Source of the DNA: Candidatus Poriferihabitaceae bacterium
GTDB lineage: Bacteria; Pseudomonadota; Gammaproteobacteria; Arenicellales; Poriferihabitantaceae
DNA: 64,000 nt
NCBI GenBank assembly: GCA_965214205.1
Contig: OZ243941.1
Coordinates: 440,745-504,744, forward strand
Reading direction: 5' to 3'
Within the stretch, counting starts at the first letter, position 1. Every line of letters starts with the position of its first letter. The translations under genes and the position numbers were made by a program. The notes beneath the pieces are model-generated. The model was not told the DNA's origin. It searched no databases and saw only the letters and a list, made by a program, of their open reading frames with translations. Positions 57,716 through 64,000 of the stretch are shown piece after piece.

Positions 57716-57807
57716 CCGTGCTTTGTAATAACAACACGCTCTCCGTTACGAGCGGCCACCACCAGTTCAGAGAGGCGCACTTTCGCCTCGCGTATGGCAA
57801 ATTTCAT
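57685..57807 (-). pseudogene. truncated Phd/YefM-type antitoxin fragment (40 codons), no partner toxin
   Basis: 'MKFAIREAKVRLSELVVAARNGERVVITKHGQPV' is a typical Phd/VapB N-terminus, but the frame stops after 40 aa. The last 31 nt overlap the GT2 3' end antisense. Confidence 0.55.
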
Positions 57808-57907
57808 GATGAATCTTTCCTGATTCTGGTTTAGTTCCCGCCAGTACGCTGTGATGAATTCTATCATTCAAGACTTTTATGTGACTACCGGAAAACGGAA
57901 AAGTTGC

Positions 57908-57937
57908 TGGACATTAGCGCCTGTCGTTTTCTATAAT
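57908..57937 (+). promoter_or_regulatory. sigma-70-like promoter upstream of the FMN riboswitch
   Basis: 'TGGACA' (57908-57913), an 18-nt spacer, then 'TATAAT' (57932-57937). Lies about 25 nt before the riboswitch P1. Confidence 0.5.
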
Positions 57938-57960
57938 TAAATCGCGTCATTGGACGTAAA

Positions 57961-58107
<147 letters not shown>

Positions 58108-58208
58108 AGTGACATGTTGCGCCACATTGGTGCGATACGCTGGGATACGCTGGCGTATGTCATTTCGTGCGCCCTGATTCCTGTCTGTATTTTTTGTGGA
58201 TAATTGCT

Positions 58209-58685
58209 ATGAATCAGGTCTCGGAAACTACGCCCCCTATCAGGATCGCCTACATTAAGGCCCAATGGCACGCTGACATCCTGGAAGTTGGCTTTCAGTC
58301 ATTTGTCGAACGAGTCAGGGAATTGACCCAGGGAAAAGCTACGATCGAACTGTTCGAAGTACCGGGAGCGCTGGAAATCCCACTACTTGCCAGGAACCTT
58401 GCTACAAGCGCCAGATATGCCGCCATCGTCGGCTCAGCATTCGTCGTGGATGGAGGTATTTATCGGCATGAATACGTGGCAAACTCCGTCCTGATGGGTA
58501 TTATGCAGGTTCAGTTGGAAACAAATATACCCATCCTGTCAGCCGTGTTGACCCCACATAACTATCAAGACACGGATGAACATAACCATTTCTTTCTAGG
58601 CCATTTTCAGGTTAAGGGCCGAGAGGTTGCCAGTGCATGCGTATCAATACTTGGCGTCCACGATGCCATTCGCGAGATTGCCTGA
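58209..58685 (+). CDS. ribH: 6,7-dimethyl-8-ribityllumazine synthase, type II (RibH2-like)
   Basis: 'IRIAYIKAQWHADI', 'FEVPGALEIPLLA', 'AAIVGSAFVVDGGIYRHEYVANSV', 'IPILSAVLTPHNY'. Resembles the Brucella/rhizobial RibH2 class, which is FMN-riboswitch controlled. Start at ATG 58209. Confidence 0.85.
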   Translation: MNQVSETTPPIRIAYIKAQWHADILEVGFQSFVERVRELTQGKATIELFEVPGALEIPLLARNLATSARYAAIVGSAFVVDGGIYRHEYVANSVLMGIMQVQLETNIPILSAVLTPHNYQDTDEHNHFFLGHFQVKGREVASACVSILGVHDAIREIA

Positions 58686-58964
58686 TAAAGGCGAGACATT
58701 GCATGGGTCAATTCCGCCCTTTACTGCCTGGACGCGCAACCCACTTCATCATAACAATACGGCGTTGATTGCCAGGTTCCACCATAAGGATGAGCGTATC
58801 GCGATCCAATGTATGCTGTATTATCATCATCCTGGACGGTAACCGTACAAGATGCTATTGCATCCCCGGCGCCGGTACTCCCGCCGATTGATAGCCCACG
58901 ACTGGCAAAATCATAAAACCCTGTACAGGCTCCTGCAAGTGGATGTCTGATCAAGCCCCGATAT

Positions 58965-59062
58965 TTTGATAGAATCCGTTGCATGAATCCCCTCCCGGCC
59001 AGACAGAAGAACTTCCTGTACAGAAAGCGGGTATATGGCAAGCTGTATGTCCTGTCTAAACC
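58965..59062 (+). repeat. copy B of the 98-bp imperfect direct duplication
   Basis: See copy A at 56885-56982. Confidence 0.85.
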
Positions 59063-59072
59063 GCCCCGATGA
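58983..59072 (+). pseudogene. 29-codon remnant of a GT2 5' end (MNPLPARQKNFLYRKRVYGKLYVLSKPPR*), possibly acting as a leader ORF
   Basis: Paralogous to the first 26 codons of the GT2 gene. Its TGA (59070-59072) overlaps the ATG (59069-59071) of the next gene. Confidence 0.45.
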
Positions 59073-59380
59073 CCCTGTACAATAAAATCTATAACATAGT
59101 GAAAAGAATCCCGGAGGGTAATGTGACCAGCTATGGGAAAATCGGGCGGATGGCGGGGTGTTCCGCTCGACAGGTCGGTTATGCCATGGCGGCCACTCCG
59201 GCAGACGATGACATCCCCTGGCACCGGGTCATCAACAGCAAGGGGGAAATCAGCGCACGCAAGGAAGGGGATAGTGACCACCTGCAACGACTCATGCTGA
59301 TGGATGAGGGAGTCAGGTTCGACCCAAATGATCGGATTGATTTTGAGCAGTTCGGCTGGATTGAAGCGGAGTTTCCATAA
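59069..59380 (+). CDS. alkyltransferase-like (ATL) protein, MGMT-family DNA-binding domain without the acceptor cysteine
   Basis: 'IPEGNVTSYGKIGRMAG...ARQVGYAM' is the helix-turn-helix. The active-site motif reads 'PWHRV' instead of 'PCHRV', as in E. coli YbaZ and S. pombe Atl1. Confidence 0.85.
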   Translation: MTLYNKIYNIVKRIPEGNVTSYGKIGRMAGCSARQVGYAMAATPADDDIPWHRVINSKGEISARKEGDSDHLQRLMLMDEGVRFDPNDRIDFEQFGWIEAEFP

Positions 59381-59392
59381 CCTCCTGCTATC

Positions 59393-60385
59393 ATGTCTGA
59401 TCCACAAATCATAATCAGCAGTGGCGAACCGGCGGGTATCGGTCCAGATATTGTCATCCAGGCGCTGCAACACCCGATATCCGGTCGGCTGGCTGTCACT
59501 GGCGACCCGGAATTGATGCGGGAGCGGTCGACCCGACTGGGCATAGATATGGAAATATCCGTGGTCGACAACCAATCACCCATCGCCTCTCATGAACCCG
59601 GACGGATACAGGTGGTCCCGGTCGCATTGTCATCTCCAGTGACTGCCGGGAAACTGAATCCGGACAACAGTCGGTATGTGATTGATTGCATCAACCGGGC
59701 AGTCGATCTGTGTCAGGATGATTGTATGCAGGGGATGGTGACTGCTCCGGTGCATAAGGGAGTCATCAATGACGGCGGAATCCGGTTTTCCGGGCATACG
59801 GAATGGATTGCACAACGTACCCGATGCGCTCAGCCGGTCATGATGCTGGCCAGTGACTCACTGCGAGTTTGTCTCGCTACCACCCATCTGCCGTTGTGCG
59901 AAGTCCCGCAAAACATCACCCGACACGGCATTGAAGCGGTCATTGAGGTCATGCACTGTGGGATTTCAACGCTATATGGCATTCCCGACCCGGTAATCGG
60001 CGTATGCGGACTGAATCCTCATGCAGGCGAGGGCGGCCATCTGGGAGTCGAGGAAGCCACCATTATCGAACCGGCCCTGAATCATTTACGGCGTAGAGGC
60101 CTGAATCTGGTCGGCCCGCTGCCAGCGGACACGATTTTCACTCGGCAGGTTGCCAGCGCCCTCGACGGAGTATTGGCGATGTATCACGACCAGGGGTTGC
60201 CGGTGATCAAGCACAGCGGATTTGGAACCGTGGTTAATGTGACGCTGGGCCTGCCGATTATCCGCACATCGGTGGATCATGGTACTGCCCTTGACCTTGC
60301 AGGGAGCGGCACAGCCAGTGCAACCAGTTTGCTTTCGGCGATCCATCTTGCGCTGAAGTTTGCCGGACAGACGCTGCGCGACTGA
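59393..60385 (+). CDS. pdxA: 4-hydroxythreonine-4-phosphate dehydrogenase
   Basis: 'SGEPAGIGPDI', 'FSGHTEW', 'LNPHAGEGG', 'MYHDQGL'. Upstream of rsmA, as in many proteobacteria. Confidence 0.93.
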   Translation: MSDPQIIISSGEPAGIGPDIVIQALQHPISGRLAVTGDPELMRERSTRLGIDMEISVVDNQSPIASHEPGRIQVVPVALSSPVTAGKLNPDNSRYVIDCINRAVDLCQDDCMQGMVTAPVHKGVINDGGIRFSGHTEWIAQRTRCAQPVMMLASDSLRVCLATTHLPLCEVPQNITRHGIEAVIEVMHCGISTLYGIPDPVIGVCGLNPHAGEGGHLGVEEATIIEPALNHLRRRGLNLVGPLPADTIFTRQVASALDGVLAMYHDQGLPVIKHSGFGTVVNVTLGLPIIRTSVDHGTALDLAGSGTASATSLLSAIHLALKFAGQTLRD

Positions 60386-60396
60386 CAGGTGATGTC

Positions 60397-61182
60397 TTGG
60401 GTAAAACAGTCCCACGCAAACGATTCGGGCAGCATTTTCTGAACGACTCACAGGTCCTGGACCGGATGATCCGGGCGTTTTCGCCGCAAAACGATCAGGT
60501 GATTCTGGAAATCGGTCCCGGCACGGGCGCGTTGACCGAAAGGCTGCTGGAACCTGTCGATCATCTGGTGGCGGTCGAACTGGACCGCGACCTGGCGGCG
60601 TTGCTCACCCGGAAATTCGATTCACGAAAATTGACCGTGATCCAGCAGGATGTGTTGACGCTGGACATCGGGGCGCTGTGTGTCGACCACGCGACTGCCA
60701 CGCCAACCAGGAAAATCCGGGTGATTGGCAACCTTCCCTATAACATATCGACCCCTCTGTTATTCCACCTGATCAATAACGCCGGACTCATCACGGACAT
60801 GATGTTGATGCTGCAAAAGGAAGTGGCCTTGAGGTTATCCGCTGGTGCGGGCAGCAAACACTATGGTCGCCTGTCGGTCATGGCCGGTCTGGCGATGCGC
60901 TGCGAGTGCCTGTTCGATGTCGGCTCTGAATCCTTTACTCCTCCTCCCCAGGTTATGTCAACGGTCGTTAGACTCCATCCAGAATCAATACGCCATCGTG
61001 TGAACGATAGCCGCAGGCTGAACCACATTGTCCGACAGGCATTTTCCCAGCGCCGCAAAACCCTGAAAAACTCACTGAAAAACCTGGTTTCAGAGTCCCA
61101 GTTTGTAAATGCCGGGATTGATTCCTCACTGCGGGCCGAAAAGCTCAGTATTGAACAGTTTATCGCTCTGTCAAATGCCTGA
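60397..61182 (+). CDS. rsmA: 16S rRNA (adenine1518/1519-N6)-dimethyltransferase
   Basis: 'PRKRFGQHFL', 'EIGPGTGALTE', 'GNLPYNISTP'. TTG start at 60397; no in-frame ATG is available. Confidence 0.9.
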   Translation: MGKTVPRKRFGQHFLNDSQVLDRMIRAFSPQNDQVILEIGPGTGALTERLLEPVDHLVAVELDRDLAALLTRKFDSRKLTVIQQDVLTLDIGALCVDHATATPTRKIRVIGNLPYNISTPLLFHLINNAGLITDMMLMLQKEVALRLSAGAGSKHYGRLSVMAGLAMRCECLFDVGSESFTPPPQVMSTVVRLHPESIRHRVNDSRRLNHIVRQAFSQRRKTLKNSLKNLVSESQFVNAGIDSSLRAEKLSIEQFIALSNA

Positions 61183-61188
61183 CCGCCC

Positions 61189-61209
61189 CGCCCCTACGAT
61201 GTCGATTTG
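61189..61209. repeat. half-copy of the 'cgcccctacga..tcg' REP element between convergent rsmA and plsC
   Basis: 'cgcccctacgatgtcgatttg' versus 'cgcccctacgacatcggttg' at 18700-18719. Confidence 0.5.
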
Positions 61210-61231
61210 TCACAGTTGTGGATTGCCGCCA

Positions 61232-61960
61232 TCAACCGTCCTCACCCACCAGTCCCTTCTGCTTCTCTGTAATCCATTCTTCTACCTCCTGGTTGATCTG
61301 GCGGGCGCGTCTGCCTTGACTTTCGATCACCGGACCGATCACGACATCAATCACTCCCGGATGTTTCAGCAGGCTTCTTTTGGGCCAGAACAGTCCCGAA
61401 TTGTGGGCGACCGGCACGACCGGATAGCCTGATTTCGCCGCAATCATGGCGCCCCCGACCTGAAATTTCGCCATCTTCCCCGGCTCCCGGCGCGTGCCTT
61501 CGGGAAAGATAACCAGCCAGCGGCCCTCCTCCAGCCTGATCACGCCCTCCTTCACCAGCGTATCCAGCGCCCGGATTCTTTTTGACCGGTTAATCGCGAT
61601 CGGACGGTTCAGCGCCAGACCCCATCCGAAAAACGGAATCCATAGCAATTCCCGCTTCAGCAAATACGACTGCGCCGGGAAAATCAACTGAAAAGCCAGC
61701 GTTTCCCAGGCGGACTGGTGGTTCGATATGATAATGGCGGGCCCGGCGGGAATGTTCTCCAACCCGGTTACGCGATAGTGAACACCGCACAGCCATCCGA
61801 GTGTCCAGATATTGAACCGGGCCCAAAGTCCGATCACCCTGGCGCGAGTCAGCGGGGGCAGCGCGAAACACAGCAACGCGAGAATACAAACAACGACTGT
61901 ACTCACCATCTGGCCTGCATAGTAGAGCAGGGATTTGCAGAACAATAAGCCTGTTTTCAT
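61232..61960 (-). CDS. plsC: 1-acyl-sn-glycerol-3-phosphate acyltransferase
   Basis: Acyltransferase motifs 'NHQSAWE' and 'FPEGTRR'. N-terminal TM segment. Confidence 0.86.
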   Translation of the reverse strand: MKTGLLFCKSLLYYAGQMVSTVVVCILALLCFALPPLTRARVIGLWARFNIWTLGWLCGVHYRVTGLENIPAGPAIIISNHQSAWETLAFQLIFPAQSYLLKRELLWIPFFGWGLALNRPIAINRSKRIRALDTLVKEGVIRLEEGRWLVIFPEGTRREPGKMAKFQVGGAMIAAKSGYPVVPVAHNSGLFWPKRSLLKHPGVIDVVIGPVIESQGRRARQINQEVEEWITEKQKGLVGEDG

Positions 61961-62001
61961 TTTCTTACCAAGTACTTAAGGCGTGGGCGTTATCAGTTCA
62001 T

Positions 62002-62574
62002 TCAAGCGGGAGTCGGCGCCAGTATATGATCCACGAAAGAAGCCAGATCACTGAACCGGGGCACCTGCCCGAATTCTTCATGATACAAGCCGGATTCCAG
62101 TTGCTTCACTGTTTCGAGACCACTACCGGTCTCGACCAGAATCGGCCTGGCCCCCGCCGATTTCGCCGCCTGTATATCACGCAACGAATCCCCTACCATG
62201 TAAACATCATTCAAATTGCATTTCAGGCGCTGCGCCAATTCCAGCAGCATTCCCGGTTTTGGCTTTCTGCATTCACAATGCTGCTCATCGCTGTGCGGAC
62301 AGAAAAACAGTGCGCTGATCTCTCCACCAAAATGACCCAGTTCATCCAGCATTTTCTGATGAATCCGGTTCAGGGTATTGACCGAGTAGTATCCCCGCGA
62401 TATTCCTGACTGATTGGTTACAATCACGATCTGGTAATCCTGCCGGCATAACCGGGCAATCGCTTCGAGGCTGCCGGGAATCGCAATCCACTGTTCCGGC
62501 GAGCGGATGTGGCTATCCGAATCCTGGTTAATTACGCCATCCCGGTCCAGCGCGATCAGTTTTCGATTATCCAT
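62002..62574 (-). CDS. gmhB: D-glycero-beta-D-manno-heptose 1,7-bisphosphate 7-phosphatase
   Basis: HAD motif 'LDRDGVIN', 'VTNQSGI', the Zn-site context 'CPHSDEQHCECRKPKPGM', and 'VGDSLRD'. Confidence 0.9.
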   Translation of the reverse strand: MDNRKLIALDRDGVINQDSDSHIRSPEQWIAIPGSLEAIARLCRQDYQIVIVTNQSGISRGYYSVNTLNRIHQKMLDELGHFGGEISALFFCPHSDEQHCECRKPKPGMLLELAQRLKCNLNDVYMVGDSLRDIQAAKSAGARPILVETGSGLETVKQLESGLYHEEFGQVPRFSDLASFVDHILAPTPA

Positions 62575-62597
62575 AGTCTCTCAGCCCTCTTTCGCTC

Positions 62598-62960
62598 TCA
62601 ATCCGGGGTCTCCGGCTCCGCATCGTCACTGGCCTGGGAAAAATCCGACACCCGAATCCGGCCGTCAATCATTTTACTGGACCGCAGGTGGACTCGCTGC
62701 ATTTTCTGCCAAAACGCCTGGTTCAGGTCAAAATCCGCGGCAATCGCGTTGCCCATCAACAGGATCAACAAGTCTGCGCATTCCTCGGCCAGTTCTTCTC
62801 GCGATTTTCCCTTGCTGACACAGGCGGAAATTTCTCCGAGTTCCTCGGCCATTAACGCGACCCGATAAACCATATCTTCGCCGCCGTTTTCGTTAAAGCG
62901 GTGTTTTCGATGGAATCCACGCACCTCATCCATCATTTCAGTAAAGGAGTCCGTGTTCAT
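62598..62960 (-). CDS. small MazG-like nucleotide pyrophosphohydrolase-domain protein
   Basis: 120 aa. 'LMAEELGEISACVSKG...REELAEECADLLILLMG' fits the EExxE...ExxD four-helix MazG pattern. The ATG overlaps the glyS stop (ATGA at 62957-62960). Confidence 0.7.
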   Translation of the reverse strand: MNTDSFTEMMDEVRGFHRKHRFNENGGEDMVYRVALMAEELGEISACVSKGKSREELAEECADLLILLMGNAIAADFDLNQAFWQKMQRVHLRSSKMIDGRIRVSDFSQASDDAEPETPD

Positions 62961-64000
62961 GATTTGATCCTGATTTTTGAAATATCCGCGACTCCCAGAA
63001 ACAACAGACGAATCCTGGCCAGCAGCGCCAATCGGTTGCGGCGGATGGTTTTATCGTGATGCATGACCATGACATTGTCAAAGAACCGATCCACCGGGCC
63101 TTTCAGTCCGGCCAGTTGAGCCAGCCCTCCGGCATAGTCGTTCGCCTGGAAACAGGAATGCACCTGATCATCAATCCGGTCGAGCATGGCCGCCAGATCT
63201 TTCTCGGCCGGGTCTTGCCCGGTTTGGTCTTGTTCGTCCGGGTCACGAGCCATGTTCGAGTTGGGGTCCTTTCCGTCAACGGTCGCATCGACCTTCGACA
63301 GCATATTGCTGATCCGTTTGTTGGCCGAAGCCAGGGATTGGGCAGCGCTTGTGTCATGGTTCAGAAAGTGATGGACCGACTCGATACGCCGCGTGAAATC
63401 CATCGGTCTGGTCGGCGCCGGGTCGGCGCCGGACACGGCTGCATACTCATCAGCGCTGTAGCCCTGTGATTCAAAATAACCCCTGGAACGCTCCATCGTG
63501 AAATCATAAACCCGGCGGTCCACCCCGTCAGACGACCAGTCGTCGGAGTGGCGCGACAAACCCCACTCATAGAGTTCTTTCAAATCCAGATCAAGCTGAT
63601 TTTCCACGACGATCCTGAACACTCCGAGCGCCGCCCGACGCAGGGCAAACGGGTCTTTGTCCCCGCTTGGAATTTCACCACAACCAAACAGTCCGATCAG
63701 GCTGTCCACCCGGTCAGCCAGGGCGACGCAGATTGCCACCGGATCAGCCGGAACCGCATCTGCTGCAGTGCGCGGTTGATAATGCGCTTCGACCGCGTCG
63801 GCAACGGCTTTCCCGTATCCTTCATTGGCGGCGTAGTATCTGCCGACCGTACCCTGCAATTCCGGGAACTCCCCGACCAGATCGGTGACCAGATCCGCCT
63901 TGCACAACTCGGCGGCCGTATCCACGGCTTCCGGATCCACATCGAGTTGCAGGGCAATAAAATAGCTGATCCGCCGGATACGCTCAACCTTGTCATGGAT
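62957..64000 (-). CDS. glyS: glycine--tRNA ligase beta subunit, C-terminal part (5' end outside window)
   Basis: 'KADLVTDLVGEFPELQGTVGRYYA', 'DKDPFALRRAALG', 'VMVMHHDKTIRRNRLALL'. The frame stays open to position 64000. Confidence 0.92.
   Translation of the reverse strand: MHDKVERIRRISYFIALQLDVDPEAVDTAAELCKADLVTDLVGEFPELQGTVGRYYAANEGYGKAVADAVEAHYQPRTAADAVPADPVAICVALADRVDSLIGLFGCGEIPSGDKDPFALRRAALGVFRIVVENQLDLDLKELYEWGLSRHSDDWSSDGVDRRVYDFTMERSRGYFESQGYSADEYAAVSGADPAPTRPMDFTRRIESVHHFLNHDTSAAQSLASANKRISNMLSKVDATVDGKDPNSNMARDPDEQDQTGQDPAEKDLAAMLDRIDDQVHSCFQANDYAGGLAQLAGLKGPVDRFFDNVMVMHHDKTIRRNRLALLARIRLLFLGVADISKIRIKS

Noticed and set aside
58721-59575. 284-aa minus-strand ORF covering the ATL gene and the start of pdxA
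   Set aside because: It overlaps two well-supported plus-strand genes antisense. Only its 3' third (58721-58984) lies in unassigned DNA, and that part has no RBS or recognisable domain. It is retained only as a low-interest note on the spacer.

Overview
Gene-dense chromosomal segment with about 60 protein genes. I found no rRNA, tRNA, CRISPR array, transposase or integrase. Base composition is moderately high GC: sampled 60-nt lines of core genes give about 58-65% GC. Conserved neighbourhoods (sucA-sucB-lpdA, glmU-glmS, pdxA-rsmA, glyS-gmhB-plsC, clpB behind a sigma-32-type promoter) look gammaproteobacterial; I cannot name the organism. Content from left to right: radC (partial), cobO, a sarcosine oxidase operon soxB-soxD-soxA with soxA fused in frame to soxG, an SDR, and a low-GC higBA toxin-antitoxin islet. 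Then algC, an S8 subtilisin-like lipoprotein with a (Glu-Pro)14 spacer and an autotransporter-like C-terminus, lpdA-sucB-sucA, moeB and cysC. Next comes a putative guanidino/ureido-compound catabolic operon (guanidino-modifying-superfamily hydrolase, M20 carbamoylase-type amidase, arginase-fold ureohydrolase), divergent from a betaine-type ABC importer, followed by a cytoplasmic BisC-like molybdoenzyme. Then a low-GC cassette of two ATP-grasp ligases plus an MFS-like membrane protein, Fe-ADH, xthA, an aminotransferase, GST, a CocE/NonD hydrolase with a BioC-like methyltransferase, GT4 plus a 2OG oxygenase, a polyamine-type ABC importer, clpB, rimO and glmUS. Directly 3' of glmS lies a roughly 4.6 kb low-GC islet: two tandem enolase-superfamily genes, a GT2, a truncated Phd-type antitoxin, and an FMN riboswitch with ribH2. 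A 98-bp imperfect direct duplication brackets the distal ~2.1 kb of this islet (GT2 body to ribH2 and spacer). The window ends with an alkyltransferase-like gene, pdxA, rsmA, plsC, gmhB, a MazG-like gene and glyS (partial). The most unusual items are the two-ATP-grasp + transporter cassette, the guanidino-compound cluster with an unconventional enzyme combination, the soxA-soxG fusion and the rearranged glmS-adjacent islet. I did not find a recognisable anti-phage defence system beyond toxin-antitoxin modules. All functional calls rest on motif and sequence recognition by eye, not on database searches.
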